64,000 bases of DNA from contig JBJKQR010000062.1 of assembly GCA_046735395.1 (NCBI GenBank), forward strand, positions 103,162-167,161, read 5' to 3'. Of the stretch, positions 20,162-32,256 are shown piece by piece. Within the stretch, counting starts at the first letter, position 1; the number at the start of each line of letters is the position of its first letter. The DNA comes from Fidelibacterota bacterium. GTDB taxonomy: Bacteria; Fidelibacterota; Fidelibacteria; Fidelibacterales; DSDE01. Below the pieces are notes generated by a model. That model was not told the origin of the DNA. It ran no database searches and was given only the letters and a program-made list of their open reading frames with translations. Position numbers and translations under genes: made by a program.

Positions 20162-21460
20162 TTGGAATTGGAACACATTCTGGTCAAGAACATCAGTAAA
20201 CATGCGGGCACGGACGTCACCCTGAAGGGGTGGGTGTATAATATCCGCAAAAGCGGAAAAATCTGGTTTCTCATCTTCCGCGACGGAACCGGATTCATAC
20301 AGTGCGTCGTCCTGAAAAACGACGTCAGTGAAGAAATATTCAATCTGAAGAATGATCTCAGCATCGAATCCAGCCTTGTGATCCGCGGCCTGGTTCAGGA
20401 AGCTCCGCGGCAGGAACTGGGATACGAGATCGTGGTCAGGGATATACAGGTCATTCAGATCGCTCAGGAATATCCCATTGCACTCAAGGATCATGGCGTG
20501 GAATTTCTTCTGGACCATCGTCATCTCTGGCTGCGCAGCAAACGCCCCAATGCCATTCTGCGCATCCGTTCGGAAGTTGAGAAGGCCTGTCGGGACTTTT
20601 TTGAGGAGAATGACTTCACTCTCGTTGATTCGCCCATGTTCACACCCAATGCGGCCGAAGGCACCACGACCCTGTTTGAGAGCGACTATTTCGGGCGGAA
20701 GGCCTATCTGACCCAGAGCGGCCAGCTCTACAGCGAGGCCGCCATCATGGCCTTCAACAAGACCTACTGTTTCGGGCCCGTCTTCCGGGCGGAAAAATCC
20801 AAAACCCGCCGGCATCTCACCGAATTCTGGATGGTGGAACCGGAAATGGCATTCTATGACATTTACGATGATATGGATCTGGCCGAACAGTTCGTGGAAT
20901 ACATTGTTCAGCGCGTACTCCGGACCTGCCGGACGGAACTGGCCACTCTGGAACGGGATATCAGCAAGCTGGAAAATATCAAGGCACCCTTTCCCCGCAT
21001 CACCTATGACGAGGCCGTTCAGATCCTGCATGACAAGGGCATTGAATTTACCTGGGGAAATGATTTCGGCGCTCCCGATGAAACCGCCATCGGCGAAAAT
21101 TTTGACAAACCGGTCATGATCTACCGCTGGCCCGCCGAAACTAAGGCGTTCTATATGAAACGTGACGAAGCGGACGAACACTATGTCATGGGTGTGGATA
21201 TGATCGCGCCTGAAGGCCACGGAGAGATCATCGGAGGCAGCCAGCGCGAAGACAATCTGGACAAGCTGCTGGAACGGATTCAGAACGAAAATCTGCCCCA
21301 GGATGTCTTCGAATGGTTCCTGGATCTGCGTCGCTATGGTTCTGTTCCCCACAGTGGCTTCGGACTGGGACTGGAACGGACCGTCGGCTGGATCTGCGGT
21401 GTTCATCACGTGAGAGAAACCATTCCCTGGCCCCGGACCATGGTCCGGCTGGAACCCTGA
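20162..21460 (+). CDS. asnS: Asparagine--tRNA ligase
   Basis: OB-fold GWV...RDGTG; YLTQSGQL; FRAEKSKTRRHLTEFWMVEPE; EIIGGSQRE; PHSGFGLGLER; TTG start after AAGGAG. Confidence 0.95.
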   Translation: MELEHILVKNISKHAGTDVTLKGWVYNIRKSGKIWFLIFRDGTGFIQCVVLKNDVSEEIFNLKNDLSIESSLVIRGLVQEAPRQELGYEIVVRDIQVIQIAQEYPIALKDHGVEFLLDHRHLWLRSKRPNAILRIRSEVEKACRDFFEENDFTLVDSPMFTPNAAEGTTTLFESDYFGRKAYLTQSGQLYSEAAIMAFNKTYCFGPVFRAEKSKTRRHLTEFWMVEPEMAFYDIYDDMDLAEQFVEYIVQRVLRTCRTELATLERDISKLENIKAPFPRITYDEAVQILHDKGIEFTWGNDFGAPDETAIGENFDKPVMIYRWPAETKAFYMKRDEADEHYVMGVDMIAPEGHGEIIGGSQREDNLDKLLERIQNENLPQDVFEWFLDLRRYGSVPHSGFGLGLERTVGWICGVHHVRETIPWPRTMVRLEP

Positions 21461-21739
21461 GTTTCGATATTTTATCCGAATCTTTCGGACGCCGTTCCTT
21501 TTATTTTGCATACCCTGAGGACATCTCCTATATTCCAGATGTCCGGCATTCATTTTACAATTCAGAATTGACCGTCTCCATTATTCCGGAGAGACGGCCG
21601 GAATCCGGATGGAAATACCTGAATGCGATGAAAATAAATGAGCACGGAAAAGGATAAATGATTAACTTTGCTTCACCGGGAAACAGGGTCTGAAGCCCGT
21701 TTCAGAATTGATTGCAGACGATGGGGAAGGAAAAATATC

Positions 21740-22231
21740 ATGACAGCACCCACACAGGAAAATTTACTGCCGGATCTGAGAAAGTGGACCCGCGTATCCG
21801 TGTTTGGCGGACGGGAAGCGGACCCGGAAATTCTTGATCAGGCCCGCCGGTTCGGACAGCTGGCTGCCCGGGAAAACTGGGTGATCCTGAATGGCGGTAA
21901 AAACGGGGTCATGGAAGCGGTGAGCCATGGTGTCTTTGAAAATGGCGGCCTCTGCATCGGCATTCTTCCCGGAGAGGATATGAGCGAGGCCAATCCCTAT
22001 CTTCAGATAGCCCTGCCCAGCGGCGTGGGCCTGGCGCGGAATGAGATTCTGGCCCGGGCGGCTGATATCTGTATCGCCATCGGCGGACATTACGGCACCC
22101 TGAGTGAAATCGGCCATGCCCTGAGTATGGATAAAAAAGTTATCTCTCTTCATTCCTGGGACATTCCCGGTGTAATTTCAGCGGAAACCGCAGAAGTAGC
22201 TGTCAGGATCATGAGGGAAATACTTCAATGA
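21740..22231 (+). CDS. LOG/TIGR00725-family protein
   Basis: NGGKNGVMEAV, IGILPG, ARNEIL, GGHYGTLSEI. Confidence 0.85.
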   Translation: MTAPTQENLLPDLRKWTRVSVFGGREADPEILDQARRFGQLAARENWVILNGGKNGVMEAVSHGVFENGGLCIGILPGEDMSEANPYLQIALPSGVGLARNEILARAADICIAIGGHYGTLSEIGHALSMDKKVISLHSWDIPGVISAETAEVAVRIMREILQ

Positions 22232-22497
22232 AAACTGTTCGCTATACCATAAAGGGCCGGGTGCAGGGCGTGGGCTTTCGCTGGTATACGCTTGAGTGTG
22301 CCCGGCAGCTCGGAATCACCGGCTATGTCCGCAATCTCCCCGATGGATCCGTGGAAGCCATTGCCGTGGCTGAGGAATCACGTCTGGACCTCTTTGAATC
22401 CATGCTGAATCAGGGCCCGCCCTTAAGTCGTACTGACAGGATCCTTCGAACGGATGAATCGGACACCCTTCATTTTAAAGAATTTACCATCAGATAA
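22228..22497 (+). CDS. acyP: Acylphosphatase
   Basis: GRVQGVGFR, GYVRNLPDGSVE. Confidence 0.95.
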   Translation: MKTVRYTIKGRVQGVGFRWYTLECARQLGITGYVRNLPDGSVEAIAVAEESRLDLFESMLNQGPPLSRTDRILRTDESDTLHFKEFTIR

Positions 22498-22506
22498 AGG
22501 CATACC

Positions 22507-24165
22507 ATGAACAAGGGGAACAAACCCGTACATATAGCAGTGGTTCAATTCAATCCCACCGTGGGAGACATGGACGGAAACGCGAAACGGATTATCGAGC
22601 TCAGCCGCCAGGCGGCCGAAGCCGGAGCACAGATAGCCATCTTCCCCGAGCTGGCTATCTCCGGATATCTGCCGCAGGATCTGCTTTTTGATAAACCCTT
22701 TCTCGAGGCGAATGACCGCGCTCTCCGGAAAATTATTGAAGCAACCCGGCAGATTACCGTCATCACAGGCCATGTGCATCGCGATCCGGCAAAAGGGATT
22801 TACAATACTGCCGCTGTCTGTCAGAATGGTGAGCTGCTTGCCCTCATACAGAAAACGCTGCTTCCCACCTATGATGTGTTTGATGAGCTTCGATATTTCC
22901 GCAAGGGACATAACTCCGGACCCGTTTCCGTGACGCTCGGTGACCAGAATCTGAAACTGGGGATTGAGATCTGCGAGGATCTGTGGGACGCCGATTACGG
23001 GATCAAGGTTACCGATAATCTTGCCGGGGCTGGAGCCGACCTCATCATCAATATCAGCGCCTCCCCTTTCTGCGTGGGAAAAGCCGCCTCCCGCAAGGCT
23101 CTGGTTCGCGAAAAAATCAATTCGATACATCTGCCCTTTGTTTACAATAATCTCGTGGGTGCTCAGGATGAACTCATTTTCGACGGCAGCAGTTTCATCC
23201 TGGACCGGAACGGCCATACTCTGGCCCAGTTGCCGTCATTCCGGGAAGATTTTCAGTTATATGAAGTGGATCTGTCTGCAGAAAAACTGCACTCCGAACC
23301 GATCCCTGATCAGGAAATGGCCCCCATGGAGCAGCTGTATCAGGCGCTCAGCCTGGGTATACAGGATTATTTCCGCAAGTCCGGATTCACACAGTGCCTG
23401 CTGGGCCTTTCGGGAGGAATCGATTCGGCTGTTGTGGCCGTGCTGGCAGCGGAAGCGCTGGGCCCGGAAAATGTCTTCGCCTATTCCCTGCCCTCCCGCT
23501 ACTCTTCCGATCACAGTCTCAGCGACGCCGAAGATCTGGCCGGACGGCTGAGAATCCGCTATGACACCATTCCCATCGAATCTGTTTTTTCCTCGTTCAT
23601 GGGTGAACTTCAGCCCCGTTTCGCCGGCCTGCCCTTCGGACTGGCGGAGGAAAATCTGCAGGCCCGGATCCGGGGAACCTTTCTCATGTCCCTGGCCAAT
23701 AAATTCAATCGGCTGCTTCTCAGCACCGCCAATAAGACCGAGACCGCTCTCGGTTACAGCACGCTTTATGGGGACATGGCCGGTGCCCTCGCTCCCATCT
23801 CCGATCTGAACAAGCAGGAAGTCTATGACCTGTCGGAATGGATCAATCAACGGAGTGAGACAGAATTCATTCCCCGTAATATTATTGAAAAAATGCCCAG
23901 CGCTGAATTGTCCGAAGGACAGTTTGACCCCTTTGACTACAGCATTGTCAGCCCGCTGGTCGAGGAAATTCTGGAAAACCGGCGCAGCGCGGCAGATCTG
24001 GTGAATATGGGTTATGACAAGGATCTGGTCAACCGGATCATGACACTGATCGTACGGTCCGAGTACAAACGAAAGCAGGCGGCTCCCGGCCTGCGCGTCT
24101 CGGAAAAGGCCTTCGGAACAGGGAGACGCATGCCCATCATCAATCATTACATCGACCGACTCTGA
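22507..24165 (+). CDS. nadE: Glutamine-dependent NAD+ synthetase
   Basis: Nitrilase domain (FPEL, ICEDLW) plus LSGGIDS, ENLQARIRG, EYKRKQA. Confidence 0.95.
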   Translation: MNKGNKPVHIAVVQFNPTVGDMDGNAKRIIELSRQAAEAGAQIAIFPELAISGYLPQDLLFDKPFLEANDRALRKIIEATRQITVITGHVHRDPAKGIYNTAAVCQNGELLALIQKTLLPTYDVFDELRYFRKGHNSGPVSVTLGDQNLKLGIEICEDLWDADYGIKVTDNLAGAGADLIINISASPFCVGKAASRKALVREKINSIHLPFVYNNLVGAQDELIFDGSSFILDRNGHTLAQLPSFREDFQLYEVDLSAEKLHSEPIPDQEMAPMEQLYQALSLGIQDYFRKSGFTQCLLGLSGGIDSAVVAVLAAEALGPENVFAYSLPSRYSSDHSLSDAEDLAGRLRIRYDTIPIESVFSSFMGELQPRFAGLPFGLAEENLQARIRGTFLMSLANKFNRLLLSTANKTETALGYSTLYGDMAGALAPISDLNKQEVYDLSEWINQRSETEFIPRNIIEKMPSAELSEGQFDPFDYSIVSPLVEEILENRRSAADLVNMGYDKDLVNRIMTLIVRSEYKRKQAAPGLRVSEKAFGTGRRMPIINHYIDRL

Positions 24166-24192
24166 TTTATTTTCATAGATCCGGAGGCTGTC

Positions 24193-25674
24193 ATGCAGAC
24201 CTATCCCCTCTTCGGGATATTCTCTCGCAGCCCGGTCCTGAAATACCTCCTGCCCTTCATGGGCGGAATCATCCTTCGCCAGTTCCTTCCCGGGCACGAT
24301 CTGTTCTGTATCCTGATTCTACTCGCTTCGGCATTCCTGCTGAGACAATTTTCAGCGGGTTGGCTGCTTCTGATCATTCTCAGCGGATTTCTCAGACTGG
24401 CCCTGTTTCAGGGTGACGAAGCTCAGGCGCCGGTCACGGTTTTCAATCCGGATTCCCTGCGGCTGAACATTGTCGGCAGAGAGCGCGATGCCGTGCAGGA
24501 CAAAGCCTATACAGGCTGTCTGGCAAATGATCCGAATGTAAGGATATATCTGTCACGCAGCGGCGGAGCGGTCCTTCTGTCCACGGGACAATCCGTACTG
24601 CTCAGCGGCATCAAAGCGAAATCATTGTACAGTAACGCCAATTCTCCCTATGAATCATATCTGCGGCGGCAGGGCTTCACCCACAGCGCCCGCCTCGGCA
24701 GCAGAAGCCGTGTACTGGACACGAACCCCGCAAACCAGACCGGGTATACAAAGATCAGCGTCAGCATGGGAAAGCTTCGCCTGCAGCTTGCCGATCGACT
24801 GAAACACCGGCTCGGAATCCGTAATGGTTCCCTTATCAGCGGGCTGCTTCTGGGCCTGAAAAAAGAAATTCCGCCCGCTTTGTCTGACCTGTTTAAAAAT
24901 ACAGGGCTCAGTCATCTGCTGGCCGTATCCGGCCTTCATGCAGGATTTCTCATTCTGATCCTCTACCAGATCATCCGACTCCTGCCACTGTCTCAGACGG
25001 GCAGAACCACTTTACTGCTTGGCTGCCTCGCCTTCTATGCTCTGCTCACGGGACTCAGCGCCTCCATCGTGAGAACCAGCCTCATGGCGGGAACCCTTTT
25101 TCTCGCGCCTCTGTTCAAACGCCGGTATTCGGCATTGAATATTCTGGCGGTCTCAGCCCTGATCCAGCTCATGGCGGCTCCGGACATGCTCTTCGAACCC
25201 GGCTTTCAGATGAGTTACTCTGCAGTGGCCGGGATCCTGCTGTTTTACAGACCCCTTCGAAATGCACTCACGGTTCCGGCCCGAAAAATTCATGTCCCAC
25301 AGGCTATTGCGGATGTTCTCGCCGTGTCCCTGGCAGCCAGCCTGGCAACCGCTCCCATTACGCTGTGGACCTTTTCTGTTCTTCCCGGCCCGGGCCTCAT
25401 CCTGAATATTGTCGTTATCCCTCTCACCTTTGTGCTGATGGCCGCCGGCATCCTGGCGCTCATCCCTCTTCCGGGCATTCCGGGACAGGCCGCCACAGCT
25501 TTCTGCGATCTGAGCTCGAGCCTCTATCTGATAATTATGGAAAATCTGAATCTGTTCAGTTCGTGGACCTTCCGCATTCCCGAATCGGCTCAGGTGCTGA
25601 AAACAATTCTCTTCACGGTCCTGATCCTGATCTCCGTGGCCTGGAGCTGGCAGCTGCTACTGAAACATGATTAA
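24193..25674 (+). CDS. comEC: ComEC/Rec2 competence membrane protein (no C-terminal MBL domain)
   Basis: GLSHLLAVSGLH, SASIVR, GFQMSY. Confidence 0.85.
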   Translation: MQTYPLFGIFSRSPVLKYLLPFMGGIILRQFLPGHDLFCILILLASAFLLRQFSAGWLLLIILSGFLRLALFQGDEAQAPVTVFNPDSLRLNIVGRERDAVQDKAYTGCLANDPNVRIYLSRSGGAVLLSTGQSVLLSGIKAKSLYSNANSPYESYLRRQGFTHSARLGSRSRVLDTNPANQTGYTKISVSMGKLRLQLADRLKHRLGIRNGSLISGLLLGLKKEIPPALSDLFKNTGLSHLLAVSGLHAGFLILILYQIIRLLPLSQTGRTTLLLGCLAFYALLTGLSASIVRTSLMAGTLFLAPLFKRRYSALNILAVSALIQLMAAPDMLFEPGFQMSYSAVAGILLFYRPLRNALTVPARKIHVPQAIADVLAVSLAASLATAPITLWTFSVLPGPGLILNIVVIPLTFVLMAAGILALIPLPGIPGQAATAFCDLSSSLYLIIMENLNLFSSWTFRIPESAQVLKTILFTVLILISVAWSWQLLLKHD

Positions 25675-25736
25675 TTCGCAATGAATCATTTGAGATACCT
25701 GAACACCCGGCGATGATCCAAATAATTCAAATAAAT

Positions 25737-25767
25737 AAAAAAAGCCGCCTCCCCGGGGAAGCGGCTT
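25737..25767 (-). terminator. Intrinsic terminator of gap
   Basis: AAGCCGC/GCGGCTT stem with a T7 tail on the minus strand just downstream of gap. Confidence 0.8.
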
Positions 25768-25795
25768 GATATGTGAGATCGAGGTCAGTCTGAGA

Positions 25796-26812
<1,017 letters not shown>

Positions 26813-27041
26813 TTACCTCATCGTAACCGTCGGAAATTTAGGGAATACTGTCATTTTATTCCAGCAGTTTTCCATGCAACAGCTGAATTACACTCGTCTG
26901 AAGGCTATTTTTTTTCGGAGAGAAAGGCTTTTTTACCGTTTGTTACAAAGCTGCCTGTAAACCCGGAATTTCAGACAGAAAAAATATCTCTGTTTAAAGC
27001 CGTTTCATCTCAAATTTTTGCTTATAAAAAGTGCCTGGTAT

Positions 27042-27692
27042 TCAGGAAAGCTCTCCGCCTTCACCGCTTCCCAGGCCGTTACTGCGAAATATTTCGGAAA
27101 TACTGTCCCAGGCAAAACCCTTCTGCGTCAGAAACCGGTACATCTTATCCCGTCGTTCGGCCGCCGAGGAGGATTTGGACAACTTCCGGATTTTCTGATC
27201 ATATTGAATCTGGCAGTGACGAAGGATATCATCGGCAGAGATCTTTGCCAGCAGATCCTCCACCAATGCAGCAGCAATGCCGCGCTGAATCAGTTTGCTG
27301 CGAATCTGAATCGGCCCTATGTGTCGGGTATTCAATAATTCCTGACAGAACCGGCTGGCAAACTGGGCATCATCAATATAACCCCGTTCCTCCAGATAAT
27401 CACAGACCTTTGCCGCAAGATCGTCAGAATAGCCTTTCTGAACAAGCTTTCCCGACATTTCCCGGCGGCTGTGGTCTCGATAGCTGAGCAACTCAATACT
27501 CTTATCCAGAGCAGATTGCCAGTCATCCTCCGTCTGAACGGTAAGGACCCGGTCTTCCTCTATCTCGCTGCCGCCTCTCAGACCGTATTTTTTCACCGTA
27601 TCCCCGGTCAGGGACAGGCTGCGTCCATCCTCAAGATGTACGAGCCAGCGGTTCCGTTTTCCCTTTTCCCGTCGCAGGCCTAGAATTTTCAA
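27042..27692 (-). CDS. recX: Regulatory protein RecX
   Basis: LLSYRDHSRRE...GYIDDAQFA...GPIQIRSKLIQRGI...FLTQKGF; directly downstream of recA. Confidence 0.88.
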   Translation of the reverse strand: MKILGLRREKGKRNRWLVHLEDGRSLSLTGDTVKKYGLRGGSEIEEDRVLTVQTEDDWQSALDKSIELLSYRDHSRREMSGKLVQKGYSDDLAAKVCDYLEERGYIDDAQFASRFCQELLNTRHIGPIQIRSKLIQRGIAAALVEDLLAKISADDILRHCQIQYDQKIRKLSKSSSAAERRDKMYRFLTQKGFAWDSISEIFRSNGLGSGEGGELS

Positions 27693-27728
27693 TCTGCACC
27701 CGCTTTTATAGTAAATTTTTCATTTGAA

Positions 27729-28754
27729 TCAGGCTTCGGCTTCAGCTGTTATTTCAGCATCTGTAATACCCAGCCCGGCCTTCACTTCCTTTACGATGGG
27801 CTGGAGCAGATCATCATTTTCCGTAAGAAAGGTCTTGGCATTTTCCCGTCCCTGGCCGATCCGCGTATCACCATAGGAAAACCAGGATCCGGATTTATTG
27901 ATTATATCCATGCTGACGGCCAGATCCAGAACATCTCCCACATAGGAAATACCCTGGCCGTACATAATGTCGAATTCCACGGATTTGAAGGGCGGGGCAA
28001 CCTTGTTCTTCACGACCTTGACGACGGTCCGGTTTCCCAGAATATCCTGGCCGTCCTTGATGGCGCCGATGCGCCGGACTTCCAGACGCTGAGATGTATA
28101 GAATTTCAGAGCCCGGCCACCCGTCGTCGTTTCAGGATTTCCGAACATGACACCGATCTTCTCTCTGATCTGGTTAATGAAAATCACAGCGCAGTTTGAT
28201 TTATTCACCGCACCTGTCAGTTTTCTCAGAGCCTGGCTCATGAGACGGGCCTGAAGACCCATATGGCTGTCACCCATTTCACCTTCCAGCTCCGCCTTGG
28301 GAACAAGAGCGGCCACCGAGTCCACCACAACCACGTCAATGGCATTGGAGCGAACCAGTGTTTCGGTAATCTCCAGCGCCTCTTCTCCGCTGCTGGGCTG
28401 GGAAACCAGCATGTTATTTATATTTACGCCCAGATTCCGGGCATAATTGATATCCAGGGCATGTTCGGCATCGACGAAGGCGGCATACCCGCCTTTTTTC
28501 TGCGCTTCAGCAACGATATGAAGGGCAAGGGTTGTCTTACCGGATGATTCGGGCCCGTAGATTTCCGTAATACGGCCAACGGCAATTCCGCCGATTCCCA
28601 GTGCCGCATCCAGGCTCAGCGATCCGGTTGAGATCGCCTTGATCGGCAGGGGTTTGACATCCTCTCCCAGCCGCATGACCGATCCTTTCCCAAACTGCCG
28701 GTCAATCTGGGCAATCGCCATTTCTATCGCTTTTTCCTTATCCGTTCCTGCCAT
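27729..28754 (-). CDS. recA: Recombinase A
   Basis: [41 protein letters not shown]. Confidence 0.99.
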   Translation of the reverse strand: MAGTDKEKAIEMAIAQIDRQFGKGSVMRLGEDVKPLPIKAISTGSLSLDAALGIGGIAVGRITEIYGPESSGKTTLALHIVAEAQKKGGYAAFVDAEHALDINYARNLGVNINNMLVSQPSSGEEALEITETLVRSNAIDVVVVDSVAALVPKAELEGEMGDSHMGLQARLMSQALRKLTGAVNKSNCAVIFINQIREKIGVMFGNPETTTGGRALKFYTSQRLEVRRIGAIKDGQDILGNRTVVKVVKNKVAPPFKSVEFDIMYGQGISYVGDVLDLAVSMDIINKSGSWFSYGDTRIGQGRENAKTFLTENDDLLQPIVKEVKAGLGITDAEITAEAEA

Positions 28755-28767
28755 TCTGCACCTCGCT

Positions 28768-29325
28768 TTATCCTTTTAGTGTTATGTCTTCCAGTGGTTC
28801 ATAGACCAGTTGCCCGCTCATTCGTTTGCTTTCGTACCAGATAATACGGTCAAGAGCACAGTCCACGGGAGCAAAGTCGTAATGAATATATTGATCACGA
28901 TGAGATTTATCAAGTCCGGATTTCGGTCGTCCCAGAGTAAGATGCGGAATCAGGCTTTGGGCAGGGGGAAGTCCGGAGACGCGGCCGATCAGAGTGTCGA
29001 TTTTCGCCAGCCGGTCTTTCAGTTCTGACGGAATATGGGAAGGACCGGCCCAGAGAACGCGCGCGGGCCCGCGGTCGGGGAAGATTCCTGTTCGGTCAAT
29101 TCGCAGTGTCATGGGCGAAAGCGTTTCCAGTTCAGGCCGAAGCGCCGCTGTCCAATCGGAAACGCATGCTTCATCTGTATCACCGATAAATTTCACGGTC
29201 AGATGCATGAGATCCGGATTCACCCACCGGCAGTCGTGAAAAATCCTGCTGAACCGGTGCTGAATGCCGGTCATCGCAGCTCTCAGCGACTCATTGATGG
29301 GAAAGGCGAAAAACGTTCTGAGCAT
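28768..29325 (-). CDS. thpR: RNA 2',3'-cyclic phosphodiesterase (2H family)
   Basis: Two HxT motifs (HLTVKF, PHLTLGR); cinA-thpR-recA synteny. Confidence 0.9.
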   Translation of the reverse strand: MLRTFFAFPINESLRAAMTGIQHRFSRIFHDCRWVNPDLMHLTVKFIGDTDEACVSDWTAALRPELETLSPMTLRIDRTGIFPDRGPARVLWAGPSHIPSELKDRLAKIDTLIGRVSGLPPAQSLIPHLTLGRPKSGLDKSHRDQYIHYDFAPVDCALDRIIWYESKRMSGQLVYEPLEDITLKG

Positions 29326-29348
29326 CAGGATTCTCCGTCAGGCTCTGA

Positions 29349-30608
29349 TTATTTCCAGTAGGAATTATGCTCATCCAGCTGCCGGGAATCGGCGAGCAGG
29401 AGTCTCACGAGATCCAGAAGGGCCTGGGCCGACAAATGGATATTCCGGGTCCGGTCCTGGCTGAAATGTTTCTGCACACAAAGTTCTTTCTGTCCGTCAC
29501 TGACGCCCAGCCAGACTGTGCCGACAGGTTTTTCCGGACTGCCGCCCTCAGGCCCGGCGATACCGCTCACAGCCGCGCAGATCTGTGCGCCGCTGCTGCG
29601 GTGAAGCCCGCGAAGCATTTCCAGGACTGTTTCGCGGCTTACCGCGCCGTATTTATCCAGCGTTTCCGGATTCACACCGAGACGTTTTATTTTTGCATCA
29701 TTGCTGTAAACCACCAATCCTTCACGCAGGTAGGCCGAGGCTCCGGCACAGGACGTGATCCGGTGGGCGACATATCCGCCCGTACAGCTTTCGGCGAGGG
29801 CCAGACTCAGATTATCTGATGTCATCATCCGGGAAACGACTTCAACCATATCCGTCGTCCCTTCCGCATAAATAAAGTCACCGAGCACAGCTGTCAGGGC
29901 ATTGACCAATTCGTCGAGATGGGGCCCGTCGCCTTCCTCTCCCAGGCGAAGGTCCACGCCGCTATAGGAGGGATAATATCCGATATTCACGGAATCATAA
30001 TCCTGAAAAACCGTTTCGATCCGGGCGGCCAGTTCGGACTCGGGAATACCGGTCGTCCGGAGTGTCACTTCACTGTACCCGTCATGGCTGCTGTCACAGA
30101 TCATCGGGAAAATGCGAACCTGACACATGCCCTTTAATTCTGCCGGAACGCCCGGCATGACAAAATATTGCTTCCCGTCCCGGGTATAGGAAATGCCCGA
30201 GGCGGATCCCAGATCATTGAAAATACGTGTCGCGTTTTTGGGAAAAATGGCCTGATTGCGGTTTTTATCGAGAAAATCCTGTCCCCGATGGCCGTAACGG
30301 GATTTCAGGTCCTGATATATATCCTCGTTGAATTCGAGAGAATCGGAAAAGTATTCCGCGATAATTTCCTTGGTGATATCATCCCGGGTCGGCCCCAGGC
30401 CGCCGCTGATAAAAATGAATTCCGTCGAATCATGAATCTGACTGAGGGCAAGCAGAACATCTTCACGGCTGTCCCGCACAACCTGTTTCCGGCGAACAAG
30501 GACGCCGCAGTCCTTCAGTTGTGAAGCCAGCCAGCTGCTGTTCGTATCAATCGTATGTCCGCCGAGAATTTCATTTCCGATGGCAATGATTTCAGCCTGA
30601 CGCGTCAT
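29349..30608 (-). CDS. cinA: Competence/damage-inducible protein A (MoCF-like + PncC domains)
   Basis: IGNEIL...DTNS, GGLGPTRDDIT, PGVPAE, AESCTGG, SGIAGP, KPVGTV. Confidence 0.93.
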   Translation of the reverse strand: MTRQAEIIAIGNEILGGHTIDTNSSWLASQLKDCGVLVRRKQVVRDSREDVLLALSQIHDSTEFIFISGGLGPTRDDITKEIIAEYFSDSLEFNEDIYQDLKSRYGHRGQDFLDKNRNQAIFPKNATRIFNDLGSASGISYTRDGKQYFVMPGVPAELKGMCQVRIFPMICDSSHDGYSEVTLRTTGIPESELAARIETVFQDYDSVNIGYYPSYSGVDLRLGEEGDGPHLDELVNALTAVLGDFIYAEGTTDMVEVVSRMMTSDNLSLALAESCTGGYVAHRITSCAGASAYLREGLVVYSNDAKIKRLGVNPETLDKYGAVSRETVLEMLRGLHRSSGAQICAAVSGIAGPEGGSPEKPVGTVWLGVSDGQKELCVQKHFSQDRTRNIHLSAQALLDLVRLLLADSRQLDEHNSYWK

Positions 30609-31060
30609 GAGAAAAATCCGGATTCCCAGAGAAGAAGATTGAAAATAAGTGCTGCCAGGCCGGCGAGCACATCATCCGCCATGACGCCCCAGCCTTTCGG
30701 CAGGGACTGAACATCGTCAATAATCCAGGGTTTCCAGATATCGAAAATCCGAAAGAACAGGAACCCGGTCAGAAAATAAATGGGTTGTGCGGGCACAGCG
30801 AGAACGGCTATCCACATTCCCACCACTTCATCGATAACGATCCAGCCCGGATCTTCCAGCCCCGAATCCTTTTCTATCCACCCGGAAGCGGCTGCTCCGG
30901 CGACGGTCAGGACGGCGAGAAGAGCCAGAGACGGATAAAGCGGAAGCGGCGCCAGCAGAAACAGTATGAGTGCTGCCACGAGACTGCCCCAGGTTCCGGG
31001 TGCTCCCGGAATAAAGCCCACACCGGCAAAACTGGCAAAGAAACGGGTTAGAAATCTCAT
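30605..31060 (-). CDS. pgpA: Phosphatidylglycerophosphatase A
   Basis: APGTWGS, DPGWIVIDEVVG, FRIFDIWKP, GVMADDVLAG. Confidence 0.95.
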   Translation of the reverse strand: MRFLTRFFASFAGVGFIPGAPGTWGSLVAALILFLLAPLPLYPSLALLAVLTVAGAAASGWIEKDSGLEDPGWIVIDEVVGMWIAVLAVPAQPIYFLTGFLFFRIFDIWKPWIIDDVQSLPKGWGVMADDVLAGLAALIFNLLLWESGFFS

Positions 31061-31650
31061 GCCTGCCCCTTGAAAACATGCTTATTCTCCAGGAAGTACA
31101 GAACACCCGTATAAAGCGTCAGGAGGGCTGTAATCAGCATGAGCAGCCAGAAGCCTTCATGATCCCGGAACCAGCCGGCCACCGGATGCAGAAATTTTGT
31201 AAAGGGCAGATTATAAATCAGAAAGTAGGTCAGAACCGTGTAGATAAAAATCATCTGAATGGTGGTTTTGACCTTGGCAATACCGCTGGTCCGCATACTT
31301 TTACCCTTTTTGCTCATATAGCTGCGGAAAATGGTGATCACCACATCCCGAAGGAGAACCACGGCAATCATCCACCAGGGCGCGAAGCCCATGAGTCCGA
31401 AGGCGATGAAGGTGGAGCTGATGAGGACCTTATCGGCCAGGGGATCCATATATTTGCCGAATTCACTGGAATACCCGTATTTGCGGGCGATTTTTCCATC
31501 CGCATAATCGCTGAGACTGGCAATCAGAAAAACAAAAAAGGCCAGGATATAGGCGGCGGGCGTTGCGGTATAGAGAAGATACAGGAACAGTGGAGTCAGC
31601 ACTATCCTGAGCAGGGTTAAAATATTGGGAATATGTGCTTCCCGAATCAT
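31057..31650 (-). CDS. pgsA: CDP-diacylglycerol--glycerol-3-phosphate 3-phosphatidyltransferase
   Basis: PNILTLLR, DYADGKIAR...GKYMDPLADK. Confidence 0.92.
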   Translation of the reverse strand: MIREAHIPNILTLLRIVLTPLFLYLLYTATPAAYILAFFVFLIASLSDYADGKIARKYGYSSEFGKYMDPLADKVLISSTFIAFGLMGFAPWWMIAVVLLRDVVITIFRSYMSKKGKSMRTSGIAKVKTTIQMIFIYTVLTYFLIYNLPFTKFLHPVAGWFRDHEGFWLLMLITALLTLYTGVLYFLENKHVFKGQA

Positions 31651-31662
31651 ATTTGGGTCCTC

Positions 31663-32256
31663 CTAAAGCTCGGTGCGCCCTTCGAGGGCACGGGTAAGCG
31701 TTGCTTCATCAATAAATTCGAGATCACTCCCCATGGGGATTCCTCTGGCGAGAAAGCTGAACCGAATCTTTTTTTCCGCCAGCATTTTTTTCAGGTAGAA
31801 TGCGGTGGTATCCCCTTCGACGGACGGATTTACAGCGAAAATCACTTCTTCGACACCATCCAGACGGGACATGAGGCTGTCAATAGCCAGATCTTCCGGG
31901 CCGACACCATCCAGCGGCGAAATCAATCCGCCCAGCACATGGTAACGTCCGCGGAAACTTGCGGTCTTTTCGATGCTGAATACATCCATGCTGTCCTCCA
32001 CCACGCAGAGCAGGCGCTGATCACGCCGGGTATCGCTGCAGACAGGGCAGGGAATATCCTCGGTAATATGGTTGCAGACAGGACAATGCCGAATCTTATC
32101 TTTAATATCCAAAAGGCTTTTAGCCAGGGCGACAACGTCATCCCTGGACTGATCCAATAGGTAAAACGCAATTCTCCGGGCGGATTTCCGTCCGATACCC
32201 GGAAATCGGGCAAACTGTTCAGCGAGCTGTTCAATGACAGTTGGGACTGCACTCAT
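31663..32256 (-). CDS. recR: Recombination mediator RecR
   Basis: PGIGRKSA, Zn finger CPVC...CPVC, YHVLGG, EGDTTA. Confidence 0.97.
   Translation of the reverse strand: MSAVPTVIEQLAEQFARFPGIGRKSARRIAFYLLDQSRDDVVALAKSLLDIKDKIRHCPVCNHITEDIPCPVCSDTRRDQRLLCVVEDSMDVFSIEKTASFRGRYHVLGGLISPLDGVGPEDLAIDSLMSRLDGVEEVIFAVNPSVEGDTTAFYLKKMLAEKKIRFSFLARGIPMGSDLEFIDEATLTRALEGRTEL

Noticed and set aside
20045..21553. Long antisense ORFs (this one, 35536-36987, 44241-45386, 16170-17249 and others)
   Set aside because: They shadow well-supported genes on the opposite strand and show no family motifs.
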